DNA from: Nemertoderma westbladi
Taxonomy: Eukaryota > Animalia > Xenacoelomorpha
Assembly (NCBI GenBank): GCA_032718475.1
Contig: JAUCBJ010005876.1
Location: forward strand, 6,174-70,173
Length of the DNA stretch: 64,000 nt
Direction: 5' to 3'
The position numbers were made by a program, and so were the translations under genes. Below the pieces are notes generated by a model. It was not told the DNA's origin. It did no database searches and saw only the letters and a list, made by a program, of their open reading frames with translations. Positions 53,296 to 63,806 of this stretch are shown one piece after another. Position 1 is the first letter of the stretch. The number at the start of each line of letters is the position of its first letter.

Positions 53296-53457
53296 CTAGT
53301 CGTCCCTTTTGGTGTCCTGTTGTTTGGTTCCCCGTAGTCTGCCTGTTCTTCGTGCGGCAATCAGACCGACTTTCCTTCCCGCGGAGGTAGAACGACGAAC
53401 GGTCGACGGTTTACCGATATGTTGATGGTTACCACCGCCGTGGGGATGTTCCACGGG
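53296..53457 (-). CDS. RPL8: 60S ribosomal protein L8 (uL2), terminal coding exon
   Basis: Acceptor TTCCTTTAG|; [53 protein letters not shown]; phase 0 joins to VAMN; absent from the ORF track. Confidence 0.95.
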   Translation of the reverse strand, partial: PVEHPHGGGNHQHIGKPSTVRRSTSAGRKVGLIAARRTGRLRGTKQQDTKRDD

Positions 53458-53832
53458 CTAAAGGAATAGATAGATATATAGTTAGTTGTTACATTGTAGG
53501 GTATATAAAATATATCTAACTTATCAACAGAGCCATCACACTCAATGCAAAGTATGACACACCCTTTATGTTTAAGAATATATTTTGGGCGCAACATAAA
53601 CAGTGGGATGAATAATAGGACATGAGTTAATATGACACATGGGATCAATAATAATATGGAAAGGAACTGTGAGGTGATAATAGGCCAAGGATAATGTTCT
53701 GAGTTGATGGCGTGATAATTAATAGTACCCGATAATCATAGATATCGTAGTGATTTCATTAAATTAGTTCAAAAGTTTACGTGAATATGAAACAATATAA
53801 GTTCCAATATGACTAGATATAATTATAATTTC

Positions 53833-53838
53833 TTTATT
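53833..53838 (-). terminator. Putative polyadenylation signal of ARMC3
   Basis: AATAAA on the minus strand ~125 nt after the ARMC3 stop. Confidence 0.5.
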
Positions 53839-53961
53839 AAAATAAACAACGGAATATTTTAAAGATATACGTATAAAAAAGCATGTAAAATATAGAATCA
53901 TGTACATAAAATTAAACTACAGCAAATGTTACGAATAGCTAGCTGTGTTAGCGGAAGTCTA

Positions 53962-56862
53962 TTATTCTAAGTGTTGGTAGTAACTACAGTGGACAGAGTC
54001 GGTACGCATGAGATACCCGGGTCTGTAAATCAAATCGACCACGTAGGATTTAGGGGGGAAATCGGGGGGTGGAGGAGGTGGATCGGGTTTACTTGGTTCG
54101 TCTTGGGGGGCCAACTCCGGGACAGTAACACCGGATTGCGCCCTACCAGACTGGGCGGTCCCTGACTGTGCAGCTCCAGACTGTGCTGTACGGGGAGCAC
54201 TCCTTGGCGCCGATTCCACACCCGACTCCCTCCTAGAAACTCCCCCGTCTTCCCGGATACTTACTGACTTACGGCCTCCGGATATGGCCGTCGACGCCTT
54301 ACTAACTACTTCCTTAGGATCAACATCATCCAAAGGAACATCAACCTCGCTCCTTCCAGTCTCCAGATCCCCGATCTCGTCTCCCATCTCCTGTATATAA
54401 TTATCGACATCGTCAGTAACTTCCTTATCGGCCTCGGTAACTTCCTCAGCTAACAATACTTCGTTCCACGCGCGGTTGTACTGCCCGCGTTCCAACGTAC
54501 AAGGCAACGCGATTCGATCAGCCAACGTCTTAAATAACAAAGCGCGATGGTATTGAACCCCGGCGGTTATCCTACCGATTGGAATCACATTGGATCCCAA
54601 TTCCATCTTAAGTTTACTTATCTCCAACTCGTAGGCGAACTCGCCGAGTTTACCTCGTTCAATCGGACCGCCCATCCGCGCAGCCACGAACTCCGCTAGC
54701 GCGACCACCTGCTCCAACGTGGTCGCTAGCGGGAGCACCTCCTCCACCACCGTCTGTATCCACTCCTCGAGCTGCTGATCCCACGGAGTAATAAACTTCT
54801 CGGGGAGTTTCTCCGACGGCTGCGGTGTGACGTCGCCTCCGAGTAAACCCCCTTCCTCGTCGCTACTCGCGACTAAACTTCCACCTCGTTTCGTCTTCGA
54901 TCGTTTCTTCCCCCGCGCCGAACCCTTTTTGCTGCTTCCGGTGCTCCTCTGTCGGCTTTCCGGCAACCCCTCGGTATCGGCGGATGACGACGGAACCGGC
55001 GTCGACGGAGGTTGAATCTCCACCGAGTTCACCAACAGAATCGGCCGTTTATCGTTAACTTCCTCGCGGCACAAATCCTCAAGCGGTTTAACCCGGACTT
55101 GCGTTTGTATCTGTCCGCAGTCGAAGAAGCCGTCGGGGATTCTGTCCGAGTAATCCAACCGTCCGGTGAAGGCGTACTTAGCCGGCAGACTGTTATCCAG
55201 CATGCGATGGAACGCCCGTTCGGTAAAGTAGTTCCTCAACGTCACCGAGTTCTGTATGTCGATGAGGACATCCATGGCCTCGTGCTTGGTGAGTTCGGCG
55301 GCTGTGTCGGAATCAGCGGCGCACACGGCCACGGCCCACGCCGCGTTCCGTCTGACCTCACCGGACCCGGATCGGAGTAAATCGACGAGGAGACGAAGAC
55401 CTCCGGAGTCGCGGATCTCTTGGCGCGCCGTTCCGTCGACAACAAACACCGAAACGGCAGCAGCGGCGCGGCATTGAACCAACTCGTTCCGACTCGAAAG
55501 CGCGTCATTCAGCGCGGTAACGATGCCGCGCTTTATTATTGCACCCCGAAGCACCTCGTCCGGGGCCATGTTGCTAAGAGCAACCGCAGCGTTCGCCTGA
55601 CACAATTCGCGCGAATCCCCCAACATCTTCACGAGAAACTCGACGCCATTTCGGTCGAATACTTCCGCGCAGTTGTATGCGTTACTAGCGGTGATGGTTG
55701 CCATGGTGAGTGACGCGGCCTCCCTCGCGTCATCCTTGTCGCTACGCAACATGGAGACCAAGGGGGCGACGCCGTCATTCCTCCCGATGTAGTCCCTACT
55801 GCTGATGTTGTCAGCCATTGTGGCGAGGGCCCGTGCCGCGGCCGCGCGGACCTTGGTGTCGTTGTCTGTCGACAGCAGCGCGATCAACGGAACCTCTAGC
55901 TCCGCTTCGTGGAAGATCTTACAGCTCTCCGAATGTTTGGCGGCGCGAGAAACTGCGGAGGAGACAGCAGTGCGGGCCTCCACGGTGGTCTCATCGTCCG
56001 AGAGGAACTTCATTAACTTGCCGAGGCCTCCGGAAGAGAAGAGGAGTTCGCAAGTTTCTGGATCCTCTAACATGTTGGATAGAACCCGGAGGCAGTTAGT
56101 GTGCTGGGGAAACCAATCCTGCTTGTTAAGGAACTTCAAACATTCCTCTAGGATGTTGAGATCTCTAAGAGCTTCCCGGTTTACAATGTCCAGACTTAGT
56201 TTCTCGAGACAATCCAAAGCGAGGGTCTGTATCGCCGGATAGTCAGACTTCGTGAGTTCGATTAGTGTCTCCAGTCCGGAGTCTACCTTCCGAACGGATG
56301 CGCGTGCTCGGAAGTCCTCCAAGAGCAACGAGATCGCCTCCACTGAGTTCTTCTGCACATCTGGGTCCGAACTTTTGAGACATTCGACCAGCAACTCGAC
56401 CCCGTCTTTGGCGTAGAGCAGCACCTTGGTGGTGAACTCACGAGCGAGCGAAGCGAGGTATAGAGTCGCGAACTCGTGTGTCACAGTCTCTTCGTCGGGC
56501 CCCAACAGCTTCTGGATCGGTTTCACGTAGACTTTGGGGTCTCGGTGTCTGAGGTTCCGTCGCACTTCGGGGTGCACTGCTAGAACGCCCAACGCCATGA
56601 CAGCGTTGCGTCTAACAGCCCGCTCCTCGTGTCTCACCAGTCGCAACAGCGGCTCAACCGCTCCTAATCCCAGAACGACTGACTTGTTGTCGTCGCTTTT
56701 CTCGCCGTAGCGGTAAAGCGCTTCACAAGACCGAACTAACACCTCGTCCTCTGGACTTTCTAAGAGTAGAACCGCAGTCTGGGCGACTTTCGCGTCGACA
56801 TTAACCGGGTCAAACACGTCTGTTGGTGGCGGCTCTGCATCCTTCTTTACCTTTTTACCCAT
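53962..56862 (-). CDS. ARMC3: Armadillo repeat-containing protein 3, uninterrupted ORF, 966 aa from the ATG
   Basis: N-terminus MGKKVKKDAEPPPTDVFDP closely matches ARMC3 as I recall it; many ARM repeats; C-terminal EDR1-like segment HRALLFKTLADRIALPCTLERGQYNRAWNEV. Confidence 0.93.
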   Translation of the reverse strand: MGKKVKKDAEPPPTDVFDPVNVDAKVAQTAVLLLESPEDEVLVRSCEALYRYGEKSDDNKSVVLGLGAVEPLLRLVRHEERAVRRNAVMALGVLAVHPEVRRNLRHRDPKVYVKPIQKLLGPDEETVTHEFATLYLASLAREFTTKVLLYAKDGVELLVECLKSSDPDVQKNSVEAISLLLEDFRARASVRKVDSGLETLIELTKSDYPAIQTLALDCLEKLSLDIVNREALRDLNILEECLKFLNKQDWFPQHTNCLRVLSNMLEDPETCELLFSSGGLGKLMKFLSDDETTVEARTAVSSAVSRAAKHSESCKIFHEAELEVPLIALLSTDNDTKVRAAAARALATMADNISSRDYIGRNDGVAPLVSMLRSDKDDAREAASLTMATITASNAYNCAEVFDRNGVEFLVKMLGDSRELCQANAAVALSNMAPDEVLRGAIIKRGIVTALNDALSSRNELVQCRAAAAVSVFVVDGTARQEIRDSGGLRLLVDLLRSGSGEVRRNAAWAVAVCAADSDTAAELTKHEAMDVLIDIQNSVTLRNYFTERAFHRMLDNSLPAKYAFTGRLDYSDRIPDGFFDCGQIQTQVRVKPLEDLCREEVNDKRPILLVNSVEIQPPSTPVPSSSADTEGLPESRQRSTGSSKKGSARGKKRSKTKRGGSLVASSDEEGGLLGGDVTPQPSEKLPEKFITPWDQQLEEWIQTVVEEVLPLATTLEQVVALAEFVAARMGGPIERGKLGEFAYELEISKLKMELGSNVIPIGRITAGVQYHRALLFKTLADRIALPCTLERGQYNRAWNEVLLAEEVTEADKEVTDDVDNYIQEMGDEIGDLETGRSEVDVPLDDVDPKEVVSKASTAISGGRKSVSIREDGGVSRRESGVESAPRSAPRTAQSGAAQSGTAQSGRAQSGVTVPELAPQDEPSKPDPPPPPPDFPPKSYVVDLIYRPGYLMRTDSVHCSYYQHLE

Positions 56863-57091
56863 ATTGTATGAATTATAGTTATTTAATTTTAACACTTAAA
56901 GTCGCGAAGCTAAATTAAACCGATAAATCTAAATGTAAAGTAATAATAAAAAGGAAGACAAGGAAGGCAGTTTAATACATACAGTAAGGATTCCTGACAT
57001 AGAAACAATAATTACCGAGGTTCCAATAGGGTAAATAATTGACAGGTTGACTGGACCGGTTTGTTTTTTAGTTTGGACAACTTTGTATTAA

Positions 57092-57114
57092 TGTTTACAA
57101 CGTTGCTAGGTAAC
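57092..57114. promoter_or_regulatory. Forkhead site plus RFX X-box upstream of ARMC3
   Basis: TGTTTAC (57092-57098) next to GTTGCTAGGTAAC (57102-57114), ~240 nt upstream of the ATG. Confidence 0.7.
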
Positions 57115-57886
57115 GTTTCAGCTGGATTATTTGGTGCGCCATCTAGCTTAACATATACTTACTGCATTTTGTTGGCAAAAATCACCACTGATTATATAAC
57201 ATGCTACAAACAAACTTACGTATTTAAAATGGATAAACAAACAATAATAGTTTTAATTGAAATAATGAATAATAGTGTTTTATAAATTTCAACCCGGAAA
57301 CATGTTTTGTTTATAATAATTTCCTTAAATTTATTAAATATTGTATTTGATAAATAATTGTTTACATTATTGGCGTCCTAAACCTTAATTAAGATTACCG
57401 GATAAAGTTACCCTAAAGCTAAGAAAAACATAAAAATTAGCCAAATTTCTTAGATTATGATTTCGTGTTAATAAATTATTAATAAAGAAGAAAAAGTATG
57501 ATAAAATAATAGTTACGCTAAGTTCAGAATTGTATTTGGTAAATTGTATTCTTCAATCAATACGTCGGGAGCAGAAACTATCATCATTACTTAGCGAAAA
57601 GATTTACCAGAGACAGTCGGGGTCGAACTCTAAACCTTTAATTGACGCTACACCGAAGATACCACTATACCTAGAAGACATGATCACATGCCAATGTAAA
57701 CTGGGACTGTAATTATTACTGAATTACTGGTAATGTAAATGTTATTTTGCAAAATACAACCAACGACATATTTTACAACTCAAACAATAATCGTTTTATC
57801 ATTATTGTGTAAACAATAGTTTACCAACTCCTATCCTTTGTTTTGCTCCCAGTAATTCAACTGGTCATCCATCATTTAATCGAAAA

Positions 57887-57960
57887 CGGACCCTGGCGGG
57901 TCTCGAAGCTCCAACCAATAGATTGCAGACCCGGCGCTCAACCAACAGAGCTACCCCGCC
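57887..57960 (-). pseudogene. tRNA-like sequence (SINE head or tRNA pseudogene)
   Basis: Minus strand GGCGGGGTAGCTCTGTTGGTTGAGCG...CTGCAAT...GCTTCGAGACC; the acceptor stem does not pair. Confidence 0.5.
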
Positions 57961-58417
57961 TTATATAAACTACACTTACCTACACTGTTCTTCTGGTACA
58001 GGATAATTGGATAACTACGACCTATATTTAAAATACTTTTAGGTAAGAAAGTGTTGCGAGAAAGTTTCGATTCTGAAGATGGCGAATAATTCCTGATTGA
58101 TATCTAAACAGTAAACACTATTAACACTATATTACATTAGTATAGATTATCTCCCTGTAGTTAGTTAATATTCGACAGATTCTGTTGCTATTTAAAGCTT
58201 AAAAAGGATTTTTCTGTGTTTTTTTTGTTTATTGGAATTCGCATTTTGCAGTGATAATTAATGATTTAATAATCCAAATAAAGGACAATGAAGGTCAGGG
58301 TAATTATTGGCTATAGTTATTATTCATTATTTATTTCAGATTTAACTAAATAACGACATCATTGCGGTCAAGTCGTACACTGACACTCGAATAATATTGT
58401 TACCGGCACCAATCCTC

Positions 58418-59046
58418 CTGCAGTTAGGTAAGTACTGCAGTTAGGTAAGTACTGCAGTTAGGTAAGTACTGCAGTTAGGTAAGTACTGCAGTTAGGTAAG
58501 TACTACAGTTAGGTAAGTACTACAGTTAGGTAAGTACTGCAGTTAGGTAAGTACTGCAGTTAGGTAAGTACTGCAGTTAGGTAAGTACTGCAGTTAGGTA
58601 AGTACTGCAGTTAGGTAAGTACTGCAGTTAGGTAAGTACTGCAGTTAGGTAAGTACTGCAGTTAGGTAAGTACTGCAGTTAGGTAAGTACTGCAGTTAGG
58701 TAAGTACTGCAGTTAGGTAAGTACTGCAGTTAGGTAAGTACTGCAGTTAGGTAAGTACTGCAGTTAGGTAAGTACTGCAGTTAGGTAAGTACTGCAGTTA
58801 GGTAAGTACTGCAGTTAGGTAAGTACTGCAGTTAGGTAAGTACTGCAGTTAGGTAAGTACTGCAGTTAGGTAAGTACTGCAGTTAGGTAAGTACTGCAGT
58901 TAGGTAAGTACTGCAGTTAGGTAAGTACTGCAGTTAGGTAAGTACTGCAGTTAGGTAAGTACTGCAGTTAGGTAAGTACTGCAGTTAGGTAAGTACTGCA
59001 GTTAGGTAAGTACCGCAGTTAGGTAAGTACCGCAGTTAGGTAAGTA
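58418..59046. repeat. Tandem array, 17-bp unit, 37 copies
   Basis: Unit CTGCAGTTAGGTAAGTA; 629 bp = 37 x 17; four units carry single substitutions. Confidence 0.98.
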
Positions 59047-59124
59047 AGCTTACGGTACGGTTATTTAGATGTAGAAATAATAACTTTTACAATATTTCGA
59101 GTATTTAACTTTACATTTACTTAC

Positions 59125-59240
59125 ATTCATAGCGACACCCCGTACTTTGGGCCAGCTGTTGCGTTTCGCTTTGTATTTGAAATAGGCGCGGCCGGCTTTC
59201 AGTAAAGGCTTGTCTATACGGCCGCCCCCAGCGACGATAC
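59125..59240 (-). CDS. RPL8: 60S ribosomal protein L8 (uL2), penultimate exon
   Basis: TTCCAG| [39 protein letters not shown] |GTAAGT; 116 nt, phases fit both neighbours. Confidence 0.96.
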
Positions 59241-59307
59241 CTGGAATAATACAATCATATAGAATACTATAAGAAAACCTGAGGCTCGGTTGTATCCCCA
59301 ACTAATA

Positions 59308-61115
59308 CACCATGACCCGTAATATAGTGTCATTTTCTGATGACACGGACCCCCCCCCCCCCAGATTTTTCTACAAATCTTTATCATATTGCTTGAAATT
59401 TGAAACACAACTAGTTCAACTCACCGTCGATGACCCCATGAAGCCGGAATTTTCGATTTCGCCTTTAAAATTTTCCTATAAGAGTTTTAAAAAAGTGTCT
59501 TTTGCGAAATCGCACCCTCCGTATCGTGGCCATTCCTCGCATTTGTCGTAATTTTTTTCATATCATTAGAAAGCTTGTGTTGAAAGGATTCCAAATATCT
59601 AGCAATAACTGAATTTCGTTGAGAAACAGCTGAGAAATAGGCGTTCAAAGATTGCAAGAATTATAGTTCACTGCAGGCCATTTATTCTATTTAATAAATA
59701 CACAATATTCTAGAATGTGTTATTTATTTTATAAGTTGGTTGGCAACAGCGGTAATCCTATCCAATATATTGCGTAGCTATTCATACTTAAACAAATTGT
59801 TCCAGAACGTTGTGTATTTTTATTAAATAAGATAAATAGATTCAGCGAACATAAATTGAAGGGCTGAGCCAGGGCCTTCATAAAATAACTTTATTATGAT
59901 ACTTTGTTATTTCATGAAGGCCCTGGCTGAGCATAAAAAGGTCCTATGTGACATTTTCTTAGAATCAGAGTTATACTCATACAGAGGTCCTATGAGACCT
60001 AACTTAACTTACCAATAACGTTCTGAGATCATATGAACAATACTGCCTGATATCCTGGAGTAAAATAGTCCTATGTACAGTAAAAATCGCATAGACATAA
60101 ACAAAAAAGGTCTTTTATGTACAATACTGCCGGATATGCGAAACAATGTTGAGGATTTTTTTAATTTAAAGTAAAGATTTTAAAGTACATCTATGTACAT
60201 GCATGCAAAAATACAGAATGCCAACATCAACAGAACTGTAATGTGTAGGTAAAAAAAACGCAAAAATGTGACTATCTCAGAATGACACTTTTGTCACAAA
60301 GAACCTTTTTATGCTCAGCCCTTCAATTCTTGCAATCTTTGAATGCCTGCCTATGCTGTTTCTCAGAATCCTTATAACGCAAGCTTTCTATTGATATTAC
60401 ATCTAAAGTGAAGACGACGGCCACGATACGGAGATAAAAAAAATTGAAAGGCAAAAAGAAATCGAAAATTCCGACTTCACGGGATTTCCGGGATTATCAC
60501 TCTCGGGATCGGGATTATCACTCTCGGGATCGGGATTATCACTCTCGGGATCGGGATTATCACTCTCGGGATCGGGATTATCACTCTCGGGATCGGGATT
60601 ATCACTCTCGGGATCGGGATTATCACTCTCGGGATCGGGATTATCACTCTCGGGATCCCGATTTTCGCCATCGGGATTGCAATTTTGAATTAAATTCCAC
60701 AGTTATTAGTATATGTGGTGGGTTTTGGGCAACACTCACTTTATCTTACGCTTCTGAAATATTAGTAAGATAAAGTTATATTAAAATTATTTAGCAATTG
60801 ATTTCTAGATGGTTCACTGAATCACAAATTCGATATAATCAAAACATCTCCGTTCTGCTGGAACTATTTATAAGATATTCAACAAATTTACTTAACTACT
60901 TGTACATCGGGATCGCGGTCCAAAAAAGTTGGGATCGAGATTGGGGTTGCATTTTTCGCCGGGAACCCAGTTTTCGGGATCGGGATCCCGTTTAAACACT
61001 ACTAGTTTGAACTATAGTTGTATTTCAAATTTCAAGCAATATGATAAAGATTTTTAAAATAAATTTGGGGGGGGGGGGGGGAGGTCGTCAGTGTAGGATA
61101 TTACGGGTCATGGTG
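59308..61115. mobile_element. Non-autonomous TIR element in an RPL8 intron, with a nested insertion in its right arm
   Basis: TA|CACCATGACCCGTAATAT ... ATATTACGGGTCATGGTG|TA; inverted similarity continues internally (59520-59665 vs 60325-60432). Confidence 0.8.
60489..60656. repeat. Tandem array, 21-bp unit, 8 copies
   Basis: Unit CGGGATTATCACTCTCGGGAT inside a CGGGAT-rich insertion (~60475-61003). Confidence 0.95.
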
Positions 61116-61187
61116 TATATTTATTACTTATATAATATTTAAAAAAACGTCCTCTTGTTAATAATATTTAAAGGATCCTTGACTTAC

Positions 61188-61406
61188 CGACCATGGCTCG
61201 GTTGTTTGAGGGTAGAACTTTCTTGGAACCGGACGGCAGTTTAACCCGGGTTTTATTTGTGTCCGGGTTGTGACTAATAACGGTTGCGTAGTTACCAGAA
61301 CAACGGGCTAGTTTACCACGGTCGCCTGTCTTCTCTTCCAAGTTGCAGACAACAGTTCCTTCTGGCATCACATGGAGGGGCAGACAGTTTCCGATGGACA
61401 GCATTG
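61188..61406 (-). CDS. RPL8: 60S ribosomal protein L8 (uL2), internal exon; earlier exons not seen and presumed beyond the window
   Basis: TTTTCTTCGCAG| [47 protein letters not shown]...KLPSGSKKV...RAMVG |GTAAGT; 219 nt. Confidence 0.96.
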
Positions 61407-61634
61407 CTGCGAAGAAAAGGGGCACAATAATAATATGTTTAATAATAAACTAGAGCGGTCAATATAACGTGATAATTATATTTAGTAATACTGAGTTAAA
61501 ACCAAATAGAGGTGCTTGTTTGTGGTTTATTTAAAATAAAATACCTATAATTAATTAATCATTTATTTAAGACTTCGAGTCTTGTATACAATTTTAACTC
61601 ACGAATTACAAATTGTTGTCAGGCATAGAGGGGT

Positions 61635-63806
61635 CACTAGCGTAGCGAGGGTAGGGTCCCAGGGTCCCGGGACCCTACCGTGGAGATTCCAACTTACACT
61701 AACTCTGAGAGCATTTTGCCATCGTCAAGTTCCGTTAAATTAAAAAAATTATAATGACAAGTGCAATAAACCGAATATTAGAAAATATTCGAAGTTGAAG
61801 TTGCTTTGGAAAGGAGCCCGACCCCAGACCAGATACAATCCACATTATCCCAGGCAGGTTGCCAAAGAAAATAAGTAGTAGAAAGGAGACCATATACCCC
61901 ATCAAAGTGTTGTAGCCAGGCCTCCAGCCACACTACCAATAATTCCCTCAGGCACCCCCCCCCCCCCCCCCCCCCGCCCCCATGATAAGGCATCATAATA
62001 TCATACAATGTTCTTAGAAAGCCAGCTTATTACTTAGGCCTATATTATATAATCTCTCAACCAGTTTAATAGTCTGTAATGTAAAGCAATGAAATGGAGC
62101 CCAATTGACCACTGCAGGGGGGCGCCCACTGGCTCCTGCCTTGGTTTCTGTGCTTTGATTAGACGACGTCGCTGTGCCTTGCCTGTCAAGCAGGGTTCAA
62201 TATATACCAATGAAAGATAGCATAAATAAGATAGGCACTCTGACTCTGATGTAATATAATGAATTATGTAATTTTTTCTGGGCACACTGACCAACGTGAT
62301 TGGATATTGCGTAGCTTGTCTTGCCGAGTCACAACTAAATAACCTGTGGGTGGCTATGTATTTTAATTCAATATTATTATTAATACCATGAAAATTACTT
62401 TGAAATGTAATTAATTAGAACATTAATTTTTTTTAACAAAAAAACGTTTTTTTTTTACTTTCAATAAATCAAAAAAGTGTATTTAATAATGTACCGGTAC
62501 CATAATTAGTTCAATTTCAAAATGTGGCAGTTTATAAAATAATATACCATGGTGTGGGGTGGGGGATTGTTTCACGAAGCGACATTTAACTAAATGGAAA
62601 TCGCCGATTTGTAAATAAGGTATTTAAAAAACGGAAGCACATTTAAATTTTACGTCCCTTAATTTAAATGACATGAATTGAAATTTGCCTACTGTCATTT
62701 TGCAATACTTTTATGTTATCAATACATGTTGTTATGATTCCATGGTAGTAGGGCCTATAGTACTAGTTTTTAAGAATAAGTTAACTGTTCTTAATAGAAA
62801 TATTATTAAATTTACTGAAAAGCCATGACAGCATGACGACCAGACCAGTTGCTATGCCGTATAACTATTATTATGTTAATGAGTTTAAATGACACATCAT
62901 TACGTAAATGATTTAAAGCTAAATGACAGGGGGATAAATGACACGCGAATAGCAGTTTCTTGAAACATAAAAACTTTCTGTTATAATTAAAGTATTATTT
63001 TTAATCTTTCCAATTAAGCCAAATTAAATGACCGTATGTAAAACAGTCCCCTCAGTTTAATTATAATATTAATTTAATTTATTAATTCAATTTCATTTGT
63101 AATTTCAGTAACTTACTTTATAACTATGATTTTATCATATTAATTCTTAATAGCGGATTTTCTAAATTACTCATCTTTACTGGGGGGGGGGGGGGGGGGG
63201 GGGGGGCTTTACTGGGGGAATGAACATGTACTGGTGCGCATTACTCAGAATGAGTAGTATACCGACTACTGTACTACAGGCTACAGGTTGGGTGCAACCT
63301 TCGCCCGAGTACAACCTTCGCCCGCGTCCAATATTCGCCCGCGTCCACACTTCACCCCGGGGAAAACCTTCGCCCGCAAGGCAATCTTCCACCGCGAACA
63401 ACCTTCGCCCAATAAGATTTGTGTTAGTAACCATTTTAGTTACCAATTAAGGGAAAGGAGCAGGTTACAGAGACGGCTTCTTCTAACCAAAACAATAAAC
63501 GATGTTGTTACCAATTTAAGGTAAGGAGCAGGTTACAGAAACGGCTTTTTCTAACCAAAACAATAATTGTTTAGTTGGCGATGGTTGCTCGCGGGAGAAG
63601 ATTGTCTGCGGGCGAAGTTTGCTGCGTACCCTACTAAACATTACACATCACGTGTGGCGGGCATTTTGTTAAAATTCCAAACAATCACACCTGGACTACG
63701 CTGGGGGGGGGGGGGGGCTCTTCCCCCACACCCACAACTACTATAAATATGAATTACAATTTGGGGTCTGGGACCCTACCGTGGGAAATTCCTGGCTACG
63801 CGGCTG
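61635..63806. mobile_element. hAT-like non-autonomous element in an RPL8 intron
   Basis: 8-bp duplication AGAGGGGT (61627-61634, 63807-63814); imperfect TIR CACTAGCGTAGCGAGG / CCTGGCTACGCGGCTG; GGGACCCTACCGTGG near both ends. Confidence 0.65.
63286..63631. mobile_element. Small nested element with subterminal CTTCGCCCGC repeats in inverted orientation
   Basis: AACCTTCGCCCG repeats on the left, GCGGGCGAAGTTTG on the right; internal direct repeat of ~55 bp. Confidence 0.5.

Noticed and set aside
56863-56895. N-terminal extension of ARMC3 in the ORF track
   Set aside because: It starts at GTG; similarity to ARMC3 begins at the ATG at 56862
60444-60773. RDRDYHS-repeat ORF resembling an RS-domain protein
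   Set aside because: Translation of the 21-bp array inside an intronic element
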